Source: Fibrobacteria bacterium (lineage in GTDB: Bacteria > Fibrobacterota > Fibrobacteria > UBA11236). Taken from it: a stretch of 64,000 nt of DNA. Below, piece by piece: positions 9,497-18,609 of the stretch (the first letter of the stretch is position 1; each line of letters starts with the position of its first letter). Where the stretch lies: the NCBI GenBank assembly GCA_035275285.1, contig DATENA010000271.1, positions 53,354 through 117,353 of the forward strand. Direction: 5' to 3'. The notes beneath the pieces are model-generated. The model ran no database searches and was not told the DNA's origin. It worked only from the letters and a program-made list of their open reading frames with translations. Both the position numbers and the translations under genes were made by a program.

Positions 9497-9950
9497 AGCC
9501 TCCGGCACGGTCCCGGTATCGGATCCCGGCGGCCCCCGGGAATTCGCGGCCGCCCTCATCGTGGACCGGGCCGGCGCGTTGCTCCTGCTCCGGCGCTCCC
9601 CTTCGACCCTGAGGTGGCCCGGCAAATGGGGGATAGCGGGAGGCGGAGTGGAAGCGGGCGAGACGCCCGAGCAGGGGTTGCGCCGGGAACTCCTGGAAGA
9701 GCTGGGAGCGGATATCCGCTTGCGGATCCTGCGCGGTCCCGATACCTTGAAGGCCATCGGCGGATACGGAGGCTTCATCCATCTCTGGCATATGCTGTGG
9801 GAAGGGGGGGACATCCGCCTGAGCGCGGAACACACCGAATACGCCTGGGTGGACCGGGCGGCCTACGCCGGCCTGGACATCATGCCCGGCGTCGACGAGG
9901 ATTTGACCCATTTCGGGATCTGGCCCGAGCGTGCGAAACGACCCGGTTGA
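9489..9950 (+). CDS. NUDIX hydrolase, overlapping the miaA 3' end
   Basis: Nudix box GGGVEAGETPEQGLRRELLEELG (Gx5Ex7REUxEExGU). The ATG at 9489 overlaps the miaA stop by 8 nt. Confidence 0.8.
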   Translation: MDEASGTVPVSDPGGPREFAAALIVDRAGALLLLRRSPSTLRWPGKWGIAGGGVEAGETPEQGLRRELLEELGADIRLRILRGPDTLKAIGGYGGFIHLWHMLWEGGDIRLSAEHTEYAWVDRAAYAGLDIMPGVDEDLTHFGIWPERAKRPG

Positions 9951-9988
9951 CCATGGTTGACTATATTTCCGCTACCGGAAGGAGCGCG

Positions 9989-10906
9989 ATGAAGATGAAC
10001 AGCAGCAGGGCGGACCGGGCCGCATCGGCGGTCCGCAACGGCGCCCTGATCGTGGCCGCCCTGGGCCTTTTCCAATGCGAGCGCACGGCGGTTTTCAACC
10101 CCAAGCCGCCGGACAAGGCGCATTACCGGGTCCATCACCTGGGCACCTACTCCAGCAAGCTCGACGAGGAAAAGGAAATCGAAGGGACCATCTTCCAGAC
10201 CACCCTTTCCTTCGATCTGGAAAGGCAGGGGACCGGTTGGACCCTGCGCCGCAAGCTGGATACCCTCATGGCCAGGGGCTACCACAAGTTCTCCATGCCC
10301 AATGAACTGGAGAAGAAGGTGGACCTGGTCCTCACCATGGATTCCACCCTCATCCCCGTGCGCGTGGACGGCTACGACTCCCTCAAAGCCGTTCTGGGCC
10401 GCATCCAGCAGAAAGAGGAATACCGGGCCGCCCTGCTCAAGTCCAGCGATACCGCCTTCTACCGCGCCGAGTGGCGCGATTGGTGGCGCATGAACCGGTT
10501 CCTGCCCATAGGGCGGAAGATCGAAGCCTTCCAGCCGCTTCCCGTGGACGCCCTCAACAAGACCCTGGAAACCCTGCAAACCGATTCCGCCCGCTTCGAC
10601 GGCCCCCGGCCGCGGCTCAAGAAGAATTGCCTGGACTATACCCTTTATTACCATCGCACGGACTCCCTGGCCTTGCTGATGGAGCAGTTCTATTTCTCCT
10701 CCATCCAGAACCGCAAGTACCGGAAATACTCCTGGGGCCCGTCCCTGATCAAGGGGACGTTGCAATTTTCCGTGGAACGGGAAACCGGCCTGCCTTGCTT
10801 CGCCTCCAAGTCCGAGATCTCCGATCTGCTGCTGGGGATGAAGGACGAGAAGGCCACCATGCCCATCCACCTCTATCGGTATGAAGAAGACCTGTACGAG
10901 TACTAG
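9989..10906 (+). CDS. Hypothetical secreted protein or lipoprotein
   Basis: RBS GGAAGGAG precedes the ATG at 9989. The N-terminus is MKMNSSRADRAASAVRNGALIVAALGLFQC (signal peptide, Cys after LFQ). No recognisable catalytic motif. Confidence 0.5.
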   Translation: MKMNSSRADRAASAVRNGALIVAALGLFQCERTAVFNPKPPDKAHYRVHHLGTYSSKLDEEKEIEGTIFQTTLSFDLERQGTGWTLRRKLDTLMARGYHKFSMPNELEKKVDLVLTMDSTLIPVRVDGYDSLKAVLGRIQQKEEYRAALLKSSDTAFYRAEWRDWWRMNRFLPIGRKIEAFQPLPVDALNKTLETLQTDSARFDGPRPRLKKNCLDYTLYYHRTDSLALLMEQFYFSSIQNRKYRKYSWGPSLIKGTLQFSVERETGLPCFASKSEISDLLLGMKDEKATMPIHLYRYEEDLYEY

Positions 10907-11306
10907 ACCGCTCTTCCGGCGCGGCGCGGTTCCGTTCCCGCTCGCCGCCCTTCTCCTGTTGTCCGCCTGCGCCTTCACCGAATACGGCAACCGCATCAAC
11001 CAGGAGCAGTTGGACATCGCGCGGCTGGAGGACAAGCGCCATACCCTGGAAACCCAGTACATCATCGTGCTCAACAACCTGGAGCTGCATCCCGACGAGG
11101 AAAAGCTCGTCAAGGAGCGGGACGAGGTGCGCGGCAAGCTCATCGACGTGGCCGGACTGATCGATCAGAAGCGGAAGATGCTGGATCAGTCCTACCGGGA
11201 ATGGGAGCAGAAAATCGTCGAGGAGAAGATCCAGAAGCAGATGATCGACAACGAGATCAGGGAAAACGACGGCAAGAACGAGGACGTCGAGTTCGAGAAC
11301 AAATAG
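10881..11306 (+). CDS. Small coiled-coil lipoprotein
   Basis: N-terminus is MKKTCTSTRPLFRRGAVPFPLAALLLLSAC (lipobox LLSAC), followed by a charged heptad-rich region. It overlaps the upstream gene by 26 nt. Confidence 0.5.
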   Translation: MKKTCTSTRPLFRRGAVPFPLAALLLLSACAFTEYGNRINQEQLDIARLEDKRHTLETQYIIVLNNLELHPDEEKLVKERDEVRGKLIDVAGLIDQKRKMLDQSYREWEQKIVEEKIQKQMIDNEIRENDGKNEDVEFENK

Positions 11307-11318
11307 GGCCGCGCCGCT

Positions 11319-12137
11319 TCAGATCCCGTAGATTTTCAGGGTGTTCTTCCGGGCCGCCGCGAAAATCACCTCCGTGGTCACGCCCTTCAACTCCGCGATT
11401 TTGGCCGCGATCAAAGGGATATGCCCGGGATGCGCGGGTTGGCCGCGATGGGGAACGGGCGCCAGGTAAGGCCCGTCGGTTTCCAGCAGCAGGCGATCCA
11501 GCGGCGTGGCCTTGGCCACCTGCTGCAATTCCAGCGCATTCTTGAACGTCACGATCCCGGTGAAACCCAGGCACAGGTTGGGGAACCCTTCCAGCAAGCG
11601 TTCCGCCATGTCGGGCGAAGACGTGAAGCAATGCACGTGTATTTTCCACTCCCGGGGCGCTTCCCGGCGCAGCACCTCCAGGGTGTCCGCCTCCGCCTCC
11701 CGGGTGTGGATGATGAGGGGCTTGCCGGCTTCCACCCCCAGGCGCACCTGCCGGGCGAAGACTTCGCGTTGCACCTCGGGCGGGGACATGTTGTAATGGT
11801 AATCCAGGCCGATTTCCCCCCAGGCCACGGTTTTCGGATCCGCCATGGCCGCTTTCAGCCTGGCTTCCAATTCCGGTCCGTAGGCCTTGGCGTCATGGGG
11901 ATGGATCCCGAAAGCGCCGTGGACCCCGTCTTCCCGCATCAAGGCCAGGGCCGGCCCGATGGAGTCCGGGTCGCAGGAAATGGTGATGCATCCGCCGAAC
12001 CGGGCCGGTTCCGCGCCCGCGCCGCTTCCCCCGGCCGAGGGGCCGGACAGGTAGGCCGATTTGAATTCCGGGAAGCCGGGGAGTTTCAGCCGCTCCAGGA
12101 TCTGGTCGAGATGGCAGTGGGTGTCGATGAAATCCAT
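11319..12137 (-). CDS. tatD: TatD-family metal-dependent DNase/hydrolase
   Basis: N-terminal DTHCHLD motif with conserved downstream His/Glu/Asp positions of the TatD family. 272 aa. Confidence 0.85.
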   Translation of the reverse strand: MDFIDTHCHLDQILERLKLPGFPEFKSAYLSGPSAGGSGAGAEPARFGGCITISCDPDSIGPALALMREDGVHGAFGIHPHDAKAYGPELEARLKAAMADPKTVAWGEIGLDYHYNMSPPEVQREVFARQVRLGVEAGKPLIIHTREAEADTLEVLRREAPREWKIHVHCFTSSPDMAERLLEGFPNLCLGFTGIVTFKNALELQQVAKATPLDRLLLETDGPYLAPVPHRGQPAHPGHIPLIAAKIAELKGVTTEVIFAAARKNTLKIYGI

Positions 12138-12237
12138 CCGGGAAAGATATATTTATCCGGAGCCGCCGCTTCGGCGCGCGGAACGCCTCCGGACGTCCAG
12201 GATCCGGAGGCCGCCCTTTTTCCGGAAGGATACGATC

Positions 12238-12714
12238 ATGGAAGGCATCGAGAAACGCTTGGAGGCCTTGGGGTTCCGCCTGCCGCCCATTCCCAAGCCG
12301 CAAGGATCCTACGTGCCCGCCGTCCGGACGGGGAACCTGGTGTTCGTCTCCGGGCAGTTGCCCATGCGGGACGGGCAGTTGGTCCATAAAGGCAAGGTGG
12401 GAAAGGACCTGGACCTGGAAAAGGCCCAGGACGCGGCCCGCATCTGCTTCCTGAACATCCTGGCGGCCCTGGCATCCACGGGCGTGCATCCGGATCAGGT
12501 AACCCGGGTAATACGGCTGGGCGGCTTCGTGCAATGCGTGGACGGCTTCCCGGAGCAGCCCAAGGTGATCAACGGCGCCTCGGACCTTTGCCGCGCCGTG
12601 TTCGGGGAAGCGGGAGCGCATGCGCGCGCCGCCGTGGGCGTGAACGCCCTGCCCCTGGACGCCGCCGTGGAGATCGAGGCGCTGTTCGAAGTGGGCGGAG
12701 GCCCGTCCGCTTGA
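12238..12714 (+). CDS. ridA: RidA/YjgF/TdcF-family protein
   Basis: 158 aa from the ATG at 12238 with RidA-like regions VFVSGQLP and GAHARAAVGVNALPLDAAVEIEALFEV. Confidence 0.75.
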   Translation: MEGIEKRLEALGFRLPPIPKPQGSYVPAVRTGNLVFVSGQLPMRDGQLVHKGKVGKDLDLEKAQDAARICFLNILAALASTGVHPDQVTRVIRLGGFVQCVDGFPEQPKVINGASDLCRAVFGEAGAHARAAVGVNALPLDAAVEIEALFEVGGGPSA

Positions 12715-13331
12715 TCCTTTTGATCTTCCCCTTCCAGCTGGAGCTGGAGGCGTTCCTTTCGGGCATGGGCGGCCGCGCCGAAGACAAGGTGCGCGGCATC
12801 CGGGTGTTCAGCCTGGCCGCGGAACCGGAGTGGCGCCTGGCGGTGTGCGGCCAAGGCAAGGTGGAGGCGGCCCTGGCCTGCCAGATATTGTCCGACGCCC
12901 TGGAACCGCGCACCGTGATGCTGCTGGGCTCGGCCACCGCTTTGGATCCGGAGCTCATCGTCGGGGACATCATCCTGGCGGATCCGGGCATCGAATGGGA
13001 TTTCGACGCGGACAAACCCCCGGAGTTCCGGCAGCGGAGGGCCTTTCCGGAATCGCGCCGCGTCATCCCCGGTCCCATCCTGTCCGGGGACAAGGACGTT
13101 TTCGACGCCGCGGAAAAGGCGGCTTTGTTCGAACGGTTCGCGGCCAAGGCTTTGGCCTGGGAGGGGGCGGGCTTCCACCGCTTCCTGAGGCGCAGCGGGA
13201 AAACGGGCTGGGAAGTCCGGGTGATCACGGAAGAAGCGAAAGAGGGGAGGCCCACCCTGGCTTTGCTCAAAGAGCGCATGGCCACGGATTTCCCGTCCCT
13301 GCGGCCGGTGGTGCGGGCGGCCCTTTTCTAG
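12711..13331 (+). CDS. PNP/UDP-phosphorylase-family nucleosidase (MTA/SAH nucleosidase-like or futalosine hydrolase-like)
   Basis: Motifs GKVEAALACQIL and LGSATALDPELIVGDII match the nucleoside phosphorylase fold. The likely TTG start at 12711 overlaps the ridA stop in a TTGA, preceded by GGCGGAGG. There is no in-frame ATG near the N-terminus. Confidence 0.5.
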   Translation: MILLIFPFQLELEAFLSGMGGRAEDKVRGIRVFSLAAEPEWRLAVCGQGKVEAALACQILSDALEPRTVMLLGSATALDPELIVGDIILADPGIEWDFDADKPPEFRQRRAFPESRRVIPGPILSGDKDVFDAAEKAALFERFAAKALAWEGAGFHRFLRRSGKTGWEVRVITEEAKEGRPTLALLKERMATDFPSLRPVVRAALF

Positions 13332-13344
13332 GGCCGGTCAGCCT

Positions 13345-13761
13345 TCAGCAGAATTGATCGAACGCTTCCGTCATCTCCGCGGCGATGTCCTGGGCGCTGC
13401 GTCCGGCGATATTGTGCCGCTCCAGCATGAACACCACCTCGCCGTCCTTCAGCAGCGCGATCTGCGGCGAAGAGGGCTGGTAGCCCACGAAATAGGAGCG
13501 GGCGCGGGCCGTGGCCTCCGCATCGTTGCCCGCGAAAACCGTGATGGCGTTGGCGGGGAGTTTCGCATGGCGCATGGCCAGGCTCACGGCGGGGCGGGCA
13601 TTGGCCGCGGCGCAGCCGCATACGGAGTTCACCACCACCAAGGTGGTGCCCTTGGGTTCCTTCAGGAAGGCATCCACCTCGGGAGCGGTGCGGGTTTCCT
13701 TGATGCCGAGTTCGGTGAGTTCTTCGCGCATCGGAGTGACCATTTCTTCATCGTACATCAT
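13345..13761 (-). CDS. Bacilliredoxin-family thiol-disulfide oxidoreductase (DUF1094, YphP/YqiW = BrxA/BrxB-like)
   Basis: 138 aa with TTLVVVNSVCGCAAANARPA ... VTVFAGND ... YQPSSPQIALLKDGEVVFM ... AFDQFC, matching Bacillus YphP almost motif for motif, including the CGC redox motif. Confidence 0.85.
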   Translation of the reverse strand: MMYDEEMVTPMREELTELGIKETRTAPEVDAFLKEPKGTTLVVVNSVCGCAAANARPAVSLAMRHAKLPANAITVFAGNDAEATARARSYFVGYQPSSPQIALLKDGEVVFMLERHNIAGRSAQDIAAEMTEAFDQFC

Positions 13762-13914
13762 GATTCCGTTTCCTTTGCTGGTCGTCTTCGGGGCCGCCCG
13801 GAACCTCGCTGATCCGCGGGAGGAAAGCCGGCCTTGGAACGATTGTACCTGGGTTTAGCCGACAATATAAAAAGTTTTCGGCCGCATTCACGGCCGCGGG
13901 CGGAAAAGCCGGCT

Positions 13915-15243
13915 TCAGGCCGGGTACAGGGCCGCGGGAGCCCGCTCCGGAAAGGGCCGGAAGCCCTCCAGCGCCTTCAGGCAATTTTCGATTTGCGCGC
14001 CTTTCTTGTCCTTTTTGGAAGCCGTCTCCACCTTGGGCAGCAGCCCGAAATTGAAATTCATGGGCTGGAAATCCGGATTCGCATCGGTCAGATGGCGCGT
14101 CAGGGCGCCCAGGCAGGTGGCCTCCGGCCAGGCGAAGCCGTCGTCCCCGCGGAGATGGGCCAGGATCATGGAAGCGGCGTACATGCCCGTCCCGATGGCC
14201 TCGGTGTAGCCTTCCGCGCCGGTCAGTTGGCCGGCGCAGAATACGCGCGTGCCTTTGATGCGCAAGGACGGTTCCAGCACCTGGGGCGAGTTGAGGAAGG
14301 TGTTGCGGTGCATGGCCCCGAAACGGGCGAAGGCCGCATTCCGCAAGGCCGGCACCAGGGAGAAGATCTCCTTTTGCGTGCCCCATTTGAGCCGTGTCTG
14401 GAAGCCCACCAGGTTGTACAGGGTGCGTTGCCGGTTTTCGGCCCGCAACTGGATCACGGCGAACGGCCTTTTGCCCGTGCGTGGATCGTGCAGCCCGATG
14501 GGCCGCATGGGTCCATAACGCAAGGTCTCCGGGCCCCTACGGGCCATTTCTTCCACGGGCAGGCAGCCTTCGAAGAGTTGGCCCTTTTCGAACGGCTTGG
14601 GTTCCACCGTATCCGCGAGGCGCAAGGCCTCGATGAATGCGAAATAGGTGTCTTTGTCCAGCGGGCAGTTGATGAAGTCCGGCTCGGCGCCTTTGTCCCA
14701 GCGGTTCTTGGCGAAGGTCTGGTCCAGGTCCAGGCTGTCGAACTCCACCACCGGAGCGATGGAGTCGAAGAAATACAGGCGTTCCGAACCGATCAGGGAG
14801 AACAGGGATCGGGTCAGCCGATCCGAGCTCAACGGGCCGGTGGCCAACAGGGTGAGTTCCCCGGGATCGAGATCCCCGGCTTCTTCCCGGCGCAGCGCGA
14901 TGCGCGGATGGGAGGCGATGGCCTTCTCCACCGCCGCGGAGAACAGATCCCGGTCGATGGCCAGGCTCTCGCCCGCGGGCACGCGGGACTCCATGGCCAG
15001 GGCGATGAGGCGCGATCCCATCCGCCGCAACTCTTCCTTGAAGATGCCATGGGCGGAAGTCAGGGCCAGGCCCTTGAACGAGTTGGAGCAGACCAGTTCG
15101 GCGAGGTTCCCGGTCTTATGGGCGGGCGTGGTCACCTGCGGGCGCATTTCCCACAATTCCACCTCGTGCCCCGCGTCCGCGAGCTGCAACGCGGCCTCGC
15201 ATCCCGACAATCCGCCACCGATGACCTTGACCGTCGTTGCCAT
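13915..15243 (-). CDS. trmFO: Methylenetetrahydrofolate--tRNA-(uracil54-C5)-methyltransferase TrmFO (Gid)
   Basis: FAD-binding N-terminus VKVIGGGLSGCEAALQLA, ELVCSNS, and a C-terminal GQLTGAEGYTEA. The ATG at 15243 sits inside a slightly longer ORF-track frame. Confidence 0.9.
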   Translation of the reverse strand: MATTVKVIGGGLSGCEAALQLADAGHEVELWEMRPQVTTPAHKTGNLAELVCSNSFKGLALTSAHGIFKEELRRMGSRLIALAMESRVPAGESLAIDRDLFSAAVEKAIASHPRIALRREEAGDLDPGELTLLATGPLSSDRLTRSLFSLIGSERLYFFDSIAPVVEFDSLDLDQTFAKNRWDKGAEPDFINCPLDKDTYFAFIEALRLADTVEPKPFEKGQLFEGCLPVEEMARRGPETLRYGPMRPIGLHDPRTGKRPFAVIQLRAENRQRTLYNLVGFQTRLKWGTQKEIFSLVPALRNAAFARFGAMHRNTFLNSPQVLEPSLRIKGTRVFCAGQLTGAEGYTEAIGTGMYAASMILAHLRGDDGFAWPEATCLGALTRHLTDANPDFQPMNFNFGLLPKVETASKKDKKGAQIENCLKALEGFRPFPERAPAALYPA

Positions 15244-15249
15244 CAGGAT

Positions 15250-15375
15250 GGAGTGCAAAGTGCAAAAGTCAAAGTGCAAAATTCAAAATCAAGAAACGAA
15301 ACAATACGCATGCACTCTCCCTGGGCGCTCCCCATTTTGCACTTTGACTTTTGCACTTTGACTTTTGAATTTTTC
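15250..15375. repeat. Low-GC inverted-repeat element, copy 1. The arms are built from a tandem CAAAGTGCAAAAGT core; the central spacer is unique
   Basis: Left arm 15250-15293 reads GAGTGCAAAGTGCAAAAGTCAAAGTGCAAAATTCAAAATCAAG. Right arm 15334-15375 reads ATTTTGCACTTTGACTTTTGCACTTTGACTTTTGAATTTTT. The core GTGCAAAAGTCAAAGTGCAAAA is perfectly inverted between arms. It lies between a hypothetical gene's 3' end and the trmFO start, both on the minus strand. Confidence 0.8.
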
Positions 15376-15391
15376 GCAGGGGAACGGCCGG

Positions 15392-15949
15392 CTAGTGGCT
15401 TGATCCCAATCCCTGCATTTCCAGGTTTTCCGAGAAGGCCCGCAAGGCCATCTTCCCGATCTGGACCCGGGTGGCGGGAAGCGAGGTCAGGAAGGCGCAG
15501 TTCTCGATCAATTGCTCCAATTGGGGCGGACCGATCAGGCCCAGGCGGTAGAGCTCCAGCAGATAATCGTAGGCTTCCACGGAGATGAACTCGCGTTCCA
15601 TGGGATGGAGCACGCGGATCTTCACGGGCGATTGCCGGCTTTGCTCCGCCTGGGATGCGGCCCAGGAAACCAGGGCATCCGCCGTGGTCTTGTGCAGTCC
15701 CAAACGGTCCAGGTCCGCCGCCAGGCTGTCCCATAGGGGCGAAGCGGCCACGGCCGGGGATTTCTCCGCGGCGGGCTTGCCGGCCCCGGCCTTCCCGGCG
15801 CCGGGTTTCCCGGCCGCGACCTTGCCGCGCGCGGGCTTGCCCCGGGGCGCGGGGGGGCCGGGAAAACGCTCCCCTTTCCGCTCCGCCTTCATGTGCAGCA
15901 GCAGCGCGTCGAAAATCTTCGACTGCAATTGCGGATTGATATCGATCAT
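15392..15949 (-). CDS. Hypothetical protein with a low-complexity Pro/Ala/Gly/Lys-rich linker
   Basis: 185 aa. An N-terminal helical segment is followed by the repetitive [34 protein letters not shown] and a conserved-looking C-terminal domain. No recognisable motif. Confidence 0.45.
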   Translation of the reverse strand: MIDINPQLQSKIFDALLLHMKAERKGERFPGPPAPRGKPARGKVAAGKPGAGKAGAGKPAAEKSPAVAASPLWDSLAADLDRLGLHKTTADALVSWAASQAEQSRQSPVKIRVLHPMEREFISVEAYDYLLELYRLGLIGPPQLEQLIENCAFLTSLPATRVQIGKMALRAFSENLEMQGLGSSH

Positions 15950-15961
15950 GCCGGCATGCCC

Positions 15962-17644
15962 TCAGTGGCGGAAATGCCGCGTTCCCGTGAAGACCATGGC
16001 CACGCCCAGCCTGTCCGCGGTGGCGATCACCTCCGGATCGCGCAGGGATCCGCCCGGCTGGAGGATATGGCGGATGCCGCCCTGGTGGGCGGCCACCACG
16101 TTGTCGTCGAAAGGGAAGAACGCGTCCGAGGCCATGACGCACTTGGAAAGGGCCGCGTTCACGTAGGCTTCGGCCTCCGCGCCCATGAGGCCGTTGCGCT
16201 CGGCCTGGCGCCCGAGGTTCTCGCGGGCGCGCGGCTGGCACAGCTTGAGATTGGAATCGATGCGGTTGGGCTGGCCCGGGCCCATGCCCACCAGGGTGAA
16301 CCGGCCGGGGGCGTATTCCTGCCCGATCACGATGGCGTTCGACTTGACGTGCTTGCAGGCCTTCCAAGTGAACAAGGCGAGGGCGTTCAGGTTCTCCGGG
16401 AGCTTGGACGCCGTGGGGGATTCCCATTTGCGGTTGAGCTCCACGTCCCGGTCCTGCACCAGCATTCCGCCCAATATGTGCTTGTAGACCTTGCGGTCCG
16501 CGGCCGGGACCAGGGTGCCGATGTCCAGCAGGCGGATGTCCTTGCTCTTCTTCTGCAGGTATTCCAGGGCCTCGGGGGCGAAGCCCGGTGCGATGAGCAA
16601 TTCCACGAAACGGCCCTTGAGCTTCTCGGCCGTGGCCAGGTCCACGGTGCGCGTCACCGCGATCACGGAACCGAACGCCGAGACGGGATCGCCTTCCCAG
16701 GCGGCTTCGAAAGCCTCGGCCAGGGTGGCGCCGGTGGCGTAGCCGCAGGGATTCATGTGCTTGATGATGGAGACGGCAGGGGACTCGCGCAGCTCGCGCG
16801 CCGATTCCAGCGCCGCGTCCGCGTCCACCAGGTTGTTGAAGCTGAGCTCTTTGCCGTGCAATTGCCTGGCCGAGCCGATGTTGGGCTCGCGGCCGGATCG
16901 GGCTTCCTTCTCGAGGAAGAACGTGGCCTTCTGATGGTCGTTCTCGCCGTAGCGCAGCGTCCTGCCTTCGACGAAGGACAGGCGCAGGGAAGGGGATTTC
17001 GCCAGGGTGGCCGACAGGTATTCGTCGATGGCGGAGTCGTAGTCCGCCGTATGGCGGAACACCTTCAGGGCCAAAGCCTGGCGGGTGGCGGGGGAGGTGT
17101 CGCCCTCGCGCTTGAGCTCCTGGACCACCTTGCCGTAATCGGCGGGATCGCAGACCACGGTCACGAAGCGGTGGTTCTTGGCGGAGGAACGCAGCATGGC
17201 GGGGCCGCCGATGTCGATGTTCTCGATGGCCTCTTCCAGCGCCACGTCCGGTTTGGCCACGGTTTCGCGGAAGGGGTAGAGGTTCACGGCCACGATGTCG
17301 ATGGATTCGATGCCGTGCTTGCGCATCTGCTCCCGGTGATCCGCGCTGTCGCGGATCCCGAGCAGGCCCCCGTGGATCTTGGGATGCAGGGTTTTCACCC
17401 GGCCGTCCAGGATTTCCGGCGAACCGGTGTATTCGGATATGGCCACGGCGGGCACGCCCTTTTCCCTCAGGAACTTCAGCGTGCCCCCGGTGCTGAGGAT
17501 GCGGACGTCCATGCCGGCCAGGGCCTGGGCGAACTCCGGCAATCCGGTCTTGTCGGAAACGCTGATCAAGGCGGTTTTCTTGGCGGCTTGTCGCTCGGGA
17601 GTCGCTGATGCAACTCCACGCTCCTCGCTATCAGGGTTGTTCAC
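15962..17644 (-). CDS. purH: Bifunctional AICAR transformylase / IMP cyclohydrolase PurH
   Basis: MGS-like N-terminal domain ([16 protein letters not shown]...GGTL) and the C-terminal AICARFT domain. 560 aa. Confidence 0.92.
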   Translation of the reverse strand: MNNPDSEERGVASATPERQAAKKTALISVSDKTGLPEFAQALAGMDVRILSTGGTLKFLREKGVPAVAISEYTGSPEILDGRVKTLHPKIHGGLLGIRDSADHREQMRKHGIESIDIVAVNLYPFRETVAKPDVALEEAIENIDIGGPAMLRSSAKNHRFVTVVCDPADYGKVVQELKREGDTSPATRQALALKVFRHTADYDSAIDEYLSATLAKSPSLRLSFVEGRTLRYGENDHQKATFFLEKEARSGREPNIGSARQLHGKELSFNNLVDADAALESARELRESPAVSIIKHMNPCGYATGATLAEAFEAAWEGDPVSAFGSVIAVTRTVDLATAEKLKGRFVELLIAPGFAPEALEYLQKKSKDIRLLDIGTLVPAADRKVYKHILGGMLVQDRDVELNRKWESPTASKLPENLNALALFTWKACKHVKSNAIVIGQEYAPGRFTLVGMGPGQPNRIDSNLKLCQPRARENLGRQAERNGLMGAEAEAYVNAALSKCVMASDAFFPFDDNVVAAHQGGIRHILQPGGSLRDPEVIATADRLGVAMVFTGTRHFRH

Positions 17645-18530
17645 GAAATTCCTTTCCGGTCAGGAGCGCATAGGCTTCCAGGTATTTGCGGCGGGTGTTC
17701 TCCACCACCTCCGCGGGCAGCTCGGGACCGGGATAGGTCTTGCCCCAATCGAGCGTGTTGAGATAATCGCGCACGTACTGTTTGTCGAAGCTGTCCTGCT
17801 CGCGCCCTTCCGCATAGCCTGCGGCGGGCCAGAAGCGCGAGGAGTCCGGCGTCAGCACTTCGTCGATGAGGATGGTCTTGCCGTCCACCACCCCGAACTC
17901 GAACTTGGTGTCCGCCAGGATGACCCCTTTTCCCAGGGCATAGGCGCGCGCGCGGGAGTAGATGTCCAGGGTCAGGCCGCGCAGGCGGTCCGCATCGGCC
18001 GGGCCGATCATCTTTTCCATGGCCTTGAAATCGATGTTCTCATCGTGGCCGACGTCGTTCTTGGCGGCGGGGGTGAACAAGGGCGGATCCAGCTTGCCGC
18101 TCAGCTTGAGGCCGGGAGGGAGGGCATGGCCGCACACCGCTCCCGTGGCCTGGTAATCCTTCCAGCCCGACCCCGCCAGGTAGCCGCGCGCCACGCATTC
18201 CACGTCGAAGCGCTTGGCTTTTTTCACCAGCATGAAGCGGCCGCGGAGATAGTCGCGATGGCGATCCAGGGAGGCCGGCAGATCCTTCACGTCCGCGGAC
18301 AGGAAATGGCTGGGCACTCCCAGATGGTTGAACCAGAAAACCGACAGCTGGGTGAGGATCTTGCCTTTGTCCCGGATCGGGGTGGGCAAAACCACGTCGA
18401 AGGCGGAGAGGCGGTCGGTGGCCACCATCAGCAATTTGTCGCCCAAATCATAGACATCCCGCACCTTGCCCCGGGAAAACAGGGGGATTTCGGTAATGGG
18501 CGGAGGGCTCGAGGTGACCGGGTCATGCAT
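17631..18530 (-). CDS. purC: SAICAR synthetase PurC
   Basis: LLMVATDRLSAFD, ADTKFEFG. 299 aa. It overlaps the purH start by 14 nt. Confidence 0.9.
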   Translation of the reverse strand: MHDPVTSSPPPITEIPLFSRGKVRDVYDLGDKLLMVATDRLSAFDVVLPTPIRDKGKILTQLSVFWFNHLGVPSHFLSADVKDLPASLDRHRDYLRGRFMLVKKAKRFDVECVARGYLAGSGWKDYQATGAVCGHALPPGLKLSGKLDPPLFTPAAKNDVGHDENIDFKAMEKMIGPADADRLRGLTLDIYSRARAYALGKGVILADTKFEFGVVDGKTILIDEVLTPDSSRFWPAAGYAEGREQDSFDKQYVRDYLNTLDWGKTYPGPELPAEVVENTRRKYLEAYALLTGKEFREQP

Positions 18531-18609
18531 GGCCCAAAAATAGCCCCGTGGGGGAGGGGCGTCAATTTTGTCCGCGCAGGATCGAGAACGCCGCGGCCCG
18601 GAATGGGGC

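Noticed and set aside
13345-13761. BREX defence component (BrxA)
   Set aside because: The BrxA/BrxB name here refers to bacilliredoxins (DUF1094). The sequence matches YphP-type thiol oxidoreductases, not BREX proteins, and no BREX genes are nearby.
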